NCBI GenBank assembly: GCA_038496445.1
Contig: JALMLS010000168.1
Coordinates: 1-64,000 of the forward strand
DNA length: 64,000 bases
DNA from: Trichosphaerium sp. ATCC 40318
Taxonomy: Eukaryota > Protista > Tubulinea
Reading direction: 5' to 3'
Below, one piece after another: positions 31,351-43,896 of the stretch. Under the pieces are notes generated by a model. The model was not told where the DNA came from, ran no database searches, and saw nothing but the letters and a program-made list of their open reading frames with translations. The position numbers and the translations under genes were made by a program. Positions within the stretch are counted from its first letter, which is position 1. The number at the start of each line of letters is the position of its first letter.

Positions 31351-34300
31351 ATGGCTGCTGAACCAACTGCTGAGGTCCTATTTCAACTAAAACCTGTACC
31401 TCTTCAACAAAAGAAAGGTATAGTACAAGAACTAGATCTAGTACGCTTTAATTAGTACTAATAAACAAAAAAGGACGAAGTAAACGTGAAAATATACTGG
31501 TTGAGATACTTGAAACAGAAGTAACATACGTAAACAATCTTATTGTAGCGCTGGAGGTACGTAAAGGACTTTTCCAACACAAGTGTTCGATAGCGTCAAT
31601 TTTGATTATGGAGAAAAATCATTTTAATGTTTTTGCAAGCACGTGACGCAGGTGTAACCAAACTGAACGTTTTTTTGTCTTTTTCGTTTTAACTCTACTG
31701 AAGGTTTATAAAAAAGCGTTGATACGCGAAAAACGAGTACCCCAGAGCGATGTACGCTGTTTAAAACAATAGACAATTACTGAAGATAATTATAAGGTTG
31801 ACACTATATTTTCACGATTTCTTGATGTTATAGTACAATTGAACAAAAGTCTTGTCGTAGAATTACAAGATACAATGATAAAATGGCCTCTTGATGACGA
31901 AAATAAGCAATTAATAGGCGAAAAGTTTAGTTATTTTGTACGTAATCACGTGTATAAAATGCGATGATTGTCTTTAACATAAGGAACTAGGTACCTCACT
32001 TTAAGAATTATAAGTTTTATGGGACGAATTACGAACGTGCCACTAAATTATTACACAACTACCTTCAAAAGTCATGGTTTACAGAGATAATGAATGAATG
32101 TAATACCACTGCTATGCATCTACTTGGACGTACAAAAGGATTAGGTGACTTGCTCATCACACCTGTTCAGCGTAAGATTTCTAACAAACACAAAGTTTAT
32201 CAAAAAACTAAATTTTTTTTACAGGTGTTCCTCGCTACGAATTACTCCTTAGAGTATGTCAACGCTATACTATCACGTGATATTTTTTAAAAATAATGTT
32301 AAATATCTAAACACTTTTTAGGAGCTTGTAAAGCATACAGACAAGGATCATCCTGATTGTAAAAGTATTTCTTCTGCGTACAAAGAGACAAAAAAGATTG
32401 CGCGATATTTAAATGAAAGTATGGAAAAAGCTAAAGCGGATGAAGCGTGGCGTGATTTATTGACACATAAGGATTATCTTGTGGTAATTAATAATACAAG
32501 TTTACAAAGGCTTCTACTAGAAACTAAACGCTACGTAGATGCTCGCAAGCCCAAGTAGATATTTCGTAAGGTCGGAGACCATTTGGCTTCTCCAAGACAA
32601 TGAAAAAATGAAGACAACATTGTACCTTTTTAATGGTATACATATTGCTCTAACATCATTCGTTTTTTATCCTTAAAAATCTGTAGATATGGTAGTTGTT
32701 GATGAATTGATTGAAGAACACTCTGACGAAGGATGGCAGGTAAAGATCGAAAATGAAAAAAGGAAAATACAATACTAACTGAACAAAAGGTTTATGGAAT
32801 GAAGCTTGATCTCATGTGGCTTGAGTCTAATCTCACCAAAACTATTACACAAAATAAAGCATACGCAACGATCGACTTAAATTGCGGCATTGAACTCATT
32901 AGCACGTGATAATCACGTGTTATGTCACAACTTACATGTAAACATAGGTCCTGACAAAAGTTGGAAGCTGCTATTTGGGAACACTGTAAAGCGTCGTAGC
33001 TGGATAAAAGCTATTAAAGCTACTGTAAAAAAGAATGTCAGAGTTAAGGTAACAGAAGATGATCCAGGTATGTAGTAACATAGACAGAAGTTCAGAAAAA
33101 AACAGTATCATGTATTAAGTTTTCTCCAGACGGAAAAAGGCGACAAGGAACGTACACATATTTAGGACCTGTTCATGGGACATACACTGGGACATTTAAC
33201 TATGGAATGGTATAGTTTAGAAGTAATTAAATTGTACTAAGTAGTATTTTTTGTAGCTTCACGGACAAGGCCAATTCGAATCAACGAAAACCGGAATTAT
33301 GTTTGAAGGATACTGGGATTGCTCTCAACAGGTATAGTTATACCTCAATACCATCTCGCTGAGTGTATTCTAGCTTGGATATGGTACTGTAACATATCCA
33401 AATGGAAGTAAAGTTCAGGATATGTGTTGGTACAACAAGGTTCCACATAAGAAACCTGATATTCATGCTACTATTGTAAGTTTGTGGTTTATCCGTTTTT
33501 TTACTCACTGACACATTTATCAAGTCTACAAATGTAGAAGTATCGACGGATATAGTAGCGAAGACATTTAGAGGATTAAAAATAGCAAATAATTCGGAGA
33601 AGGTCTTGAAGGAACTCAAAGATAAAGACTGGGAATTGTTATCAGCTGAAAATCCAGAACCACGAGAATTCTTTAGAGGCACTACACTTTTTTAGCACGT
33701 GAAAAACACGTGACTAATAGCTGAAATAGGTCAAGTAATATTAAAAGAAGAGGCTCTTAATATGCATGTGTATCGTATACTCGAAGGAGAAGTAGAAATG
33801 TTTATAACTGTTCCAGATAAAATAACAGGAGAACCTGTAAGAAAGGTTCTTGGAACTATATCGTATGTGGCTTTATTATACTGAAATTGTACTGATCCTT
33901 ATATCTATGTAGGGCTCCTCATTCATTTGGCGAGGTTTGCGTATTTAATTACAGAGAAATGCCTGGCGTTATTGCAAAAACTGATGTGAAATGTAACTTC
34001 ATATCACTTACTTTTATTTATCGAATGTGCTCTTCAAAACCACGTGCGTTTCCGGATTTCCTCTTTGTGCACCACATTTATTATTCTTTGTTATCTTACT
34101 TCATGTAGATCTTGCAAGACGTTATCATGAGGGTATGGCTCAGATACTAGGTCAACTTCTGCGCACTGCAACATCAGCAACTTTGTCAAGCATACTTTTG
34201 AAAAAAAGAGGTTAGACTTGTCTTTTGTAGCTTGTTTATAACTCTATTTAAGGTCTTGGTAGTCGTAGTAAATCTGAAACTACTAGTAGAGGAAGTATTT

Positions 34301-36634
34301 TGTTCAAGCGAAACCCTTCTTTGAAGCTAAATATACCAGAAATCGATAACTCAAAGAGATTCCCAAAATTTACGTTCTTGAAAAAAGGAGAAAAGAAACT
34401 ACAACGTACGCAGTGCTATGATCCTTTTTTGTTTCCAAAGCTCATGCAGTTGTATACAGAATGGGATTGTTTCCTTGCAAAAGGATTACGCCTATTTTCT
34501 AGCCATGGACAGCGTGTTACTCTGTATTTATTCCAACATCACGTGGCTTATTTGAAAGTTTCGTTTATGAGAGAAACATTTGTACGTCAGCTCACGTGGT
34601 TTTTTTTTCAACGTAGTTTTTCATACGCATTACTACATATTTTATTACAACAATAACATTAGAATATAGTCTCACATACTGAATAAAAGGCTACATTCTG
34701 TAGTTAGGGTTTTTTTTTAATGTCAAAAAAACTGTTTGACATTCTTTCTTGGTTCTTCTGCTCTTTGGCTGATGTTTTTTACAGGAATTCGTTAGCCTAG
34801 AAAATATTCTTGACATAAAGCTATTAAACGGAAAGAATGACCAACGTAAAATACTAGAAATCGAATCACCATCCATAATGGTAAGTTTCTTTATCAGCCT
34901 TTTTTTTTCTCAACTTTGTTTTTCAGATGCATTTCGAGTTTGCCAACATCAAAGAAGGTGAAGAGTGCCGTGACCTTCTGCACAAGTATGTATTATAAGC
35001 AGCGATACTTTTCATTTGACATGAAGCTAAATCTTAATAAAGCATTTGGAACGCGAGACGTCATAGTCTTTCAAAAAGGCTTGCTAGCTCAATTATTGCA
35101 ATGACAGATTCAAAGTCATCTTCCAGGAGCTCTCTCAGCCAAAGGTACTAAATCCTAGAAATCTCTTACTTTACTGAAACGTATTTTTAGCAGTAGAAGT
35201 CTACGAAGCACAAGAGGTACGTTTTAAAGGAAAAGAAAAAAAAGTACAAAAATAACTCTTTTTCAAAGGAACTCACAAGCCTCACGCATCAATTGGTGAC
35301 GCCCCTTCAAAATGGTTAGACTTTCACAATAAACAAAAAAAGCGTAGAAAAGGAACCAATATTGGATCAGAAAGAATAAAGAACGAAGAAACGAAACACG
35401 AGCCAAAACAAGAACCTGAAGAAAACCCAGAGAAAAAACAAGAAAAGGTTGAAGTAAAAGATGAAGAAGAAAACATTAAACTGAACGCAACACCGGAGGA
35501 CGAAGCAGGTGATATCGACCTACCACCACCTCCAAAAAAAGCTCCACCAGATCCTTTACTTAAGGAAAAACAAATGAAGCGCTCTGAGGACATAGAGAAC
35601 CTTAAAAAGCCTGAGGAGAAGGTATCAATTCGTAGAAGTACAGATGATTCTCTATCCATTGCGAAAAGAAAACTAAGCTCAGGAGAAACCAAGTCAAAGA
35701 GTGCTCTATCTCTTCGTAGAGCTAAGTCTATACAACCTCAGTCACCTACAGAACAAAGGAAAAAACCACCAAGAATAAGAAGAACACGTTCGCAGTCGAT
35801 GAACGCGAAACCAATGCCAATTCGAAGAAAAAGAAGCAATCCAGCAATCAAGAAAGGCGGAAAACGCTCAGCATCTCATCTTGCTTTAAGCACCAAGTCA
35901 AGGTCACGACGTAACAGGGAGTTGAGAAATACGGTGGATAATACACAAGACCGAGAGACGGAGAAGAAGCGAGTTAAGAGGAAATTACCTAGAGCGAAAA
36001 CAACAGATGACATAAAAAAATTGGCTCATATTGATTCTCTTCTTGGTGATGACTCTGTACGTTTGGAGATCATCTTGGGTTATGAACTAATATCTACATA
36101 GTATTATGATAGCCACTCAAAGTCCGAGCATTTGTATGAGACGATGAATATGACGAAACAAGATTGGGAAATGATTCTTGATGAATCACCTTACAAGACT
36201 TATAAAAAAGGAGATGTTGTACTTGAGTATGGAGCAAATTTAAATCAATTATCTCAAATCACACGTGGTATGTGTAAAGTATTACGTAAAGATAAAACTC
36301 AGATTGGAACGATGGGAGCAGGAGATATATTCGGGTAAACATTTAAAAACAAACTTTTTTGTTGACTTTTTTTAAAAAGGGATTTGAACTTTCTTCTTGG
36401 CACGCCAGCGTCAGCAACAGTTGTAGCATGTGAAGAAAACACTGAGGTAATAATATTAAAGTTGTTTATTAGAAAATTAAACTGTCTCAGGTACTATCAT
36501 TGAATGGCATGTGGCTTCAGATTCTATTTGTTAAAAGACCACATTTGGCTGCAAGATTTTACTTTTATATTGCTTCTGTTTTATTCCGTCGTTTACATCA
36601 AAGAAAGGCTTTCACGTACACAACTGACAGATAA
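31351..36634 (+). CDS. RhoGEF: DH-PH-MORN-CNB-GRAM-like-(low complexity)-CNB
   Basis: DH: RENILVEILETEVTYVNNL...LGDLLITPVQRVPRYELLLEELVKHTDKDHPD; PH; MORN-like YTGTFNYGMLHGQGQF; CNB1 HSFGEVCVF; GRAM-like TLYLFQHHVAY...SLENILDIK; CNB2 YKKGDVVLEYG...GAGDIFGDLNFLLGTPASATVVA. Confidence 0.85.
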
Positions 36635-36862
36635 TATAAGAACAGATGTATACAATATTTCTATTTAAATAAAAATATACTACACTATGGCACACCTAGA
36701 ATTTACAACAAAAAAAATTCACCATAGACTAAGTTTTGCAACCTAATCGTACTTTATTCTTAAAAAACAAAAATAGCAAAGTGTAGCGTGAAAATCTGTA
36801 CTAATAAACACACCTACTACAAGCAACTAGGTAAATGGGGGTACGAATTCATACCAAGTTTA

Positions 36863-37569
36863 TTAGGTAGTCTTTTTTGCTTTCGCACTTTTACAAGAAG
36901 CTTTTTTTGTACACAATACGTTACATGGCCATGTAGCACAGAAAGCTGTGATTAAAATAAGCAAACCGATACCATACACAAATGAAGGAACTTTCCATGA
37001 TGTTCTATGATTATTAGACCACTCAGCTTTCGATTCAACAAGCTCTTTTCTTAAATTTTCAATAATAAACTCAAGCCTTGCTATATCTGAGACATCTATA
37101 CTCTTTAACTCTACTTCGAATTCTCTAATCGTCGAGAGTACTGATACTTGAAATACTAAAGAAGCTTTGTCGTCCTAAGAAAACTCAGTAAGCTATCGCC
37201 TTGAAGTGTACCACTTACAGATCTAGTGACAGCTACAGAAGCTTGGGTGTTATTTTTGGCTAAACTTGATTCTAATAAATCAACAAAGTCTTCTGGTGTT
37301 TGTATGATGCCCTTTGAGATATCCTTCGTGTCACTTGCTTGTATAACAGCTTCGTAGACCCTGTAGCTCCTATGATTTGCAAAAATTAATCACGTGACCC
37401 TCCATATACCAAAGCGTTACCTTGTATGTTGTAGGTGTAAGCGAAGTTCGTCATCTTTGCTGGTTAGTTTTATAACGGAATCCTCTAAGAGACCTTCGAA
37501 AGAAACTGCACTAACTATCGAAGCAAAACATAATATAGTTACAATGGAAGTGAATGATATCATCCTCAT
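36863..37569 (-). CDS. Small type I membrane protein (signal peptide, coiled coil, C-terminal TM)
   Basis: MRMISFTSIVTILCFASIVSA; IARLEFIIENLRKEL; TM FVYGIGLLILITAFCATW; two GT-AG introns. Confidence 0.7.
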
Positions 37570-37816
37570 ACTTTTTAAACAATGACAATTGAGTAGCATA
37601 CTTTAAGTCTAGTAACATCAATATGGTTTTGTTAAGTCATATTACCATTTCCGAACGGACGTGTTGTACGTTATCAAGCTGATTTCGTTTTGTCCTAGTT
37701 CATCAAGTTAAAACAGATGCTTCTTCTAATACAGCGCATCAAAACAGAGCAACTAACTAACTTCTGTAAGGAAATGTTTTTTGCCTTGCTTGTCAATGAA
37801 TGATTCATTCGGCTGT

Positions 37817-39743
37817 TTATGAAACAATATGATATTTATTATGAGTGGTAAATTCCGTCAAATTACATCTGCTTGATGTTCTTTCCTTTAAAAGCTTTAT
37901 AGAAGCATTTCTTAACTTTTTTGTTCTTATTCTTTGTTTTTTAGTAGAGGCACGTGCAGGTTCTGTTAAAGTATCCCACGTGATACTCTAATTGCGGAAT
38001 ATTTGTACGCAAGAATATACAATACCATTCGTCTACATCACAGTGCCATTCTTTTGGTCCTGTTTGACGGCAAGGGAAGAGAGGATCACACCTTTTAGAA
38101 CCTTAAGAAAAAGAAGATTTTTAAACAAGCACGTACATGCACTCGTTGTTAGGTCCTACTGTAGGGTGAACACATGCTACCTCTGGTGGCGGAGGTGTTG
38201 GAGCGGTTGTTGTTGGTGGAGCGGTTGTTGGTGGAGCTTGTACACTGACTTGAGAAGGTGAAGGAGGTCCACAAACTGCAGGTGTTCCGGCGCTAAAAAC
38301 CTTTAATACAAATTGAATGCCATGTCACTACTCACCGAGGTCCACCACTGTGAGATTGGTATGAATTTCCAATAGTAACATCATTTACTACTAACCACAT
38401 GTCATAGTCACCTTGTACGTCCCAACATACTAGCAAACTTTAGGAGCTTATTTTAATTGCTTATAGGTTTTGGAACAAATTGAAAAAAGCTCTTACCTTC
38501 CCATGAACATGTAAATTCTTGTCCATTTGATAGTGTCGTCGAACCAGTAAGTCTTCTCTCGCTTCCGTCAATAAACGCAGCTCCCTAGTCGCAACATTAG
38601 CAAAGTTCGAAGTCAATAAAGTACAAAGTGAACTTGGAAAAAAAAAGTAGAGAACGCGCTTACTGAACCAGTGCAAGAAAGTGAAGGTGGTGTGATACGG
38701 CCACCAGGATGATCAAAAGACCATGTAGTATCGTGAATGGTATCAGGCATACGAGGTGGATTCGAAATAGTAGTAGAAACAATAGAGCAAGTGCCTAGGG
38801 ACAAAATTAGAATTCTTGTTTGGGCCAAGACAGCGTCTTTCTTTCATAAAATCTTCTTTTTGTACCTGGCAATACTTGACCATCAGGTACAACACTGTGC
38901 CATGCATCTCCTCTAGGGACACAGCAAAATTGCGTAAGGACTACATCGAGTTGTGACTCAACAGTGCCATCCATCTCAAGTTGGATGTTATCTACTGAAT
39001 CAAAAACAGTGTATGGTGGTTCTAAAGGCAAACAAATGTCTCTAAAGCACCAGTGAGAACAACGTGTACAATAATTATCAAAGAAAACCAACAAGTTTCC
39101 TACTCCGATGCAAACAACGCGAGCAACAAACAAACATTATAGCGAATGAAAAAGATTTTGGTCACGTGACCAAAAAATCTATCAAAAAAAAAAGTTCTTG
39201 TGTCGTACCTTTCGCCAATAAACGCAGGTAGAGCAAGCGTAGAAGTACTGGTTGTACCGCCTGAAGTTGTTATTACTCTAATAGCATGTTCTCTATCTGG
39301 GTTATCCTCTATAAAATTCCAGCAACCTACAAAGCAATTAAACTACTCCAACTCCCTAAAAACTACAAAAGAAGCATAGAAAGCTTTTTTTTTTGTTTTG
39401 AATCTTTTTTTTTGTCACGCGTACCGCATCCAATCTCTCTTAAATTGGTTCCTCCTATGTTACTGTACTCAATATCACACGTGCCAAGAGACATAGCAGC
39501 AGTGTTACATTGTAAACTACCAACTACAGCACGCGTTGTGACCTCCGGACCGCCTGTATTATCACAATTGAGCTGACGAGTGCCAAGAAATGAAGCATCT
39601 GTCATAGGAGCACTGCTTTGACTTCCAGGCGTTTCGCATCGTACAGGAGGTGAGAAAAGGGTAAGTAAGTCGATAGCGTATGGAGACTGTTGGGAGTGTA
39701 CTAGAGATAAACACGACAGTATTACAAGTAGAATAATGCGCAT
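37817..39743 (-). CDS. Secreted Cys-containing protein with PPTT mucin-like linker (tandem paralogue A)
   Basis: Signal peptide; PYAIDLLTLFSPPVRCE...QFCCVPRGDAWHS...CWDVQGDYDMW; APPTT repeats; CDPLFPC...WHCDVDEWYC. 3' end approximate. Confidence 0.75.
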
Positions 39744-40099
39744 CTCGGGGATATCTCGAACACTTGAAGAATATAAAAGAACAAAACTTATGAAAGACTT
39801 TTTTTTTTTTTGTTGAACATTTGCAGACTCAAGTCTTAATTTATGGTTGGGGTAAACATGTGCACCAGTTTGTACCCTTGGTATTTATCTTGAGATTGTG
39901 AGTTTGTATTTTGGTAGTTCGTAACTCTTGAATGTGAAAACTGCAAAAAACAAGCGAACGCTGATCTTTTTTTTGGTGGCACGTGTTCCTTGAACTAAAC
40001 AGAACAAAAAATTTTTACGCTTTTTGTTTTAATGTATTTTCGTTTGTCTTTGATTTTAATGCGTCACATGCCGACTACAGGCCTTGTTTATAGTATTCG

Positions 40100-42276
40100 C
40101 TTGTGTAGTAATACAAAAGACGTTAAATGAGCAATTCTATACTAGTAGAAGCAGGTACACATTCGGTCATAGTAGCTCACAGTGTACTCTGTTGGTGGGC
40201 TGTTCACACGAATGAAACTACAATACCATTCTGATGTATCACAGTTCCATTTACGAGGGAAATTGAAGTCAAAGACTTCGCAAGGGAAACGTGGATCGCA
40301 TCTAGAAGTATATTACGTCAACAGAAAGATGAAGAGGCGAAAATCGATTTGTGAATATTCAGAAAAAACAACTTTTGATAAACGTACACACAACTGCCGG
40401 TAGGTCCGACTTGAGGAGCCACGCAAATCATCTCTGGTGGAGGTGCCGTTGGAGGTTGTGTTGTTGGAGCCATAGTAGTAGGAGGTAGAGTTGTAGGTGG
40501 CTGAGTGGTTGGAGGCTAAAAATGTTTTTAAAAAAGCGACCAGATAAACTATATGCTACCTCTGTTGTTGGTGGTAACGTTGTTGGAGGAAGTGTGGTTG
40601 GTGGAAGTGTAGTTGGAGGCAACGTTGTTGGCTGTAGCGTCGTTGGAGGTTCAGTAGTAGGTGGCTAAAAACATAAGAACCGATTTCAAAACTAGTGAAT
40701 TTGTACCTCTGTTGTTGGAGGTAGAGTTGTAGGTGGTAACTGAACGGTGATTGTAGTTGGCAGAGGGGCAGTACAGTGATCCTCTGTTGCGAATCTGCCA
40801 AAGAAAAGAGGTAAGAATTTGATAGTCTGGACGTCTCGCATGACGTTTTGTGAGTTGTTTTTTATCGCACCTTGAACCGCCTGAGTGAGAGTTGTAAGTA
40901 TTACCTACAACAGTATCTCTGACTTCCGTCCACATATCAAAAGTTCCAGGTGTGTCCCAACAAACTATATACCAGTAAGGCTAACGCAAACTAAATACCT
41001 GTTTCAGTACTCACCTTCCCAACTACAAGCATAAGAGGCGCCAGATATAAGATTGGTAGTTCCAAAAACTCCACGTTCGTTACCTTGAATAAACGCAGAG
41101 CCCTAGTAAAATATAAGTTACGTCATGAGAAATACTACAAAAAAAGCACTTACAGCACCACCAGTACAAGCGAGTGTAGGACTGTTTATGATTCCAGCGT
41201 CATGAATTAACATCCACTCAGTAGTGTGACTTGTTGGAGGGAATGTTGGAGGGTTATCGATAGTCATCGTGATCGTTGAACAGTCGCCTTATCAATAGTA
41301 AGACTTTTTGTGGTTAGTTATTTGCATACCTGCAGTCAAATCGGCAGACGGCGTAATTGAATGGTAGGCGTCTCCACGTGGTACGCAACAAAATTGCTCA
41401 ATGACATCGTCTAGCTGGGACTCTGCTGTACCATCAATAACCAAAGTAACGCTATCAAGTGAAGATAATACAGATGTTGGCGCAGAGATAGGAAGACAGT
41501 GGTCTCTGTTGTTTGAATAAAAATGTAAGTAATTTTTTTTTGACCATGTGACGAATCACGTGGAGGGCGAATATCTTTGGTTGGTGTATATTAAAAAGAG
41601 TACCTTCTACCAACAAAAGATTGGGACGTAATTGAAGTTACACTTTCTGTAGCGCCTGAGCGTGCTGTGACTCTAATGTCGTGTAATCTATCAGGGTTTT
41701 GTTCTATTATACTCCAACAACCTTTATACAAATAAATAAATTAAACTCCAAAGAAACAACTCAAAAACCGCTTTATAAAGGAGTAATTAATAAAGACTAC
41801 ACTCCGCAATAAAAGAAAAGATACGAAAACAATCAGCAAGCTGAAAAAAAGCAAAACAACAAAAACGGCTTTCTGTTTTTGTGGCTTTTTTGAAATCAAA
41901 ACAAAAAAAAAAAAAGATTCATTTCTTCATCTTATAAAAACAACGCTATCTTACCGCATCCATTTGCTAATAAATCAACACCGCCAATATTACTATAATC
42001 ATAACTACAAAAACCAAGAGAACCAGACGCGATATCGCATTGTAGAGAGCCAACAAGAGCACGTGTTGTCGTTTCTGTTCCTTGTGTTGTATCGCAACCA
42101 AGTGTTCTTGTACCCAAGAAACTAGGGTTATCTAGAGGAACGCTCATGGCAGGCCCTATTGTTTCACATCGTAGTGTAGGTGTAAAAACTGAAAGTGTAT
42201 CTATAGCGTAAGGAGTCTCCGGTTGTGAAGCTACTAATGTAAAGGAAAACAAAAGGAGGAGTACTAGCCTCATCAT
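40100..42276 (-). CDS. Secreted Cys-containing protein with expanded (LPPTT)n linker (tandem paralogue B)
   Basis: PYAIDTLSVFTPTLRCE...QFCCVPRGDAYHS...CWDTPGTFDMW; CDPRFPC...WNCDTSEWYC; intron positions largely shared with paralogue A. 3' end approximate. Confidence 0.75.
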
Positions 42277-42690
42277 CTCGGGGTATCTCTTTTTGCTTTG
42301 TGAAAAGAACACGAAACTTTTTGACACTGGTTTTTGTTCGCTGTTTTTTTTCAAAACAAAAGGGAATTGTAATACGAAGGTTGATGTTAACCTGTGCTTT
42401 GAAAGTTCAACTTGTTCGCCTTTTTAAGACTTCTACTTGTACGCTACTCATACCGCTTCGAGAGCACGTACAGCCACGTGATAGTTGCTATGTAGTACAA
42501 GTAGCGCACTCAATTTCCAAGTTAAAAAGCTGTTGACTAGCTCTTGTTTATGGAACAAAAACAAGCTATTTGTAGAAGGGGGGGGATTGTGGCTTTATTT
42601 ACATCTATTTTCATAAGGGTGAACTGGAGTTGAAGCACTGGAAAGGTGTTTTGTCGAAGAGCTTCAGTTGACTTGTCTTTTGGTTTTTTT

Positions 42691-43459
42691 TTACTGTTTC
42701 TCGACAGTCTTAAAAGTCCTCAGATCCTGAGTACTTGCTTCATACAACCTATAATATTTGTGTGGAGCTTCAATATCTTTGAAAGGGAATTGTCCGTTTA
42801 CTTCATGCTCGGCATATGCAATCTCTCCAATTAGTTTATATCCACATTTTTTGCAAGCTGCGGCACTAAACTTGGTTGAACAAGGACACAGTGCACCCTA
42901 TGGCTATAATTATTTATTGACATGATTAAAGCGAGGGTTACCTTATATCCAAGGTCTGTGATATGCTCAAAATTAGTTTTGTAAAGTTGCGTGGCAATAC
43001 CACGTCTCGAGTGATTTTTATCCACAGCAATCCCAACCCATTTGACCCAAAACCCTTCTTTACTAGCTTCAAACTTATGTCGTGGATTCCATTTACTATA
43101 CAGTGTTTCGTATATTGAAGAATACTCTGACGTAACTCGCAAACTGGTAAAAATAAGTCACGTGACAGTAGTGAGTTTGGCGTGTACCATTTGTACTTTG
43201 AGGGTGCCTCTAACGCCATATCTAACGCTAAACGAACACCTACTACGTTCCCGGAGGAGTTTTCTATAGCTACAGTTGATAAACCTTGAGAAGTGATGGA
43301 TGGGAATAGTTGTATAAAATAATCTTCAATTTCTTCCCTAGATGCCCCAACCACTTTACACGTAGTTTCTCCAGCATAAAAACGATCTGTAATTATTTTT
43401 ATAGCTTCTGCTGTATGTTTCGTTGTCAAGACAGTGTAAGAGTAGCTTTGAAGATGCAT
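42691..43459 (-). CDS. GNAT acetyltransferase (insect AANAT-like)
   Basis: FYAGETTC, STVAIENSSGNVVGVRLA, IAVDKNHSRRGIATQL (acetyl-CoA motif A). Confidence 0.85.
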
Positions 43460-43896
43460 CTGATGTGTTTATGATGGTTGTAACAACTGTTATCTGTACA
43501 AAAATGTCGGCTTTTGTTAAGTATGGGAAAATGTGACACTTGTGGTTTTAATGTTGAGCACGCAAAAATTAACAAAGCATTCAATGAAAAAAACAGGCTA
43601 TTCGGAGTGGTAAATTCAGTGTCTGTTGGTGACTATTGGGTTGGCTCACAATGAAAAGAATGTACGTGGGCAAGTTTAACGGTCATGTTGTACTTGTAAC
43701 GCTACTTCTGCTGCAGAACCAGAATTGTGTTCACAACTTTGCTTGCCATACATTTTGGTGAGGTATTCATAGCTGATAAACAGTACGCTATTATAACAAC
43801 GTGGTTTGAGTGGTTTACATTCATCAATAACACAATGGAACTGTTCTCCTACCGAGAAATAGGAAACTTGCTGCAAGACTAAGGGTCACAACAAAA

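Noticed and set aside
40430-40740. Tandem 15-bp repeats as satellite DNA
   Set aside because: They encode the LPPTT linker of the secreted protein.
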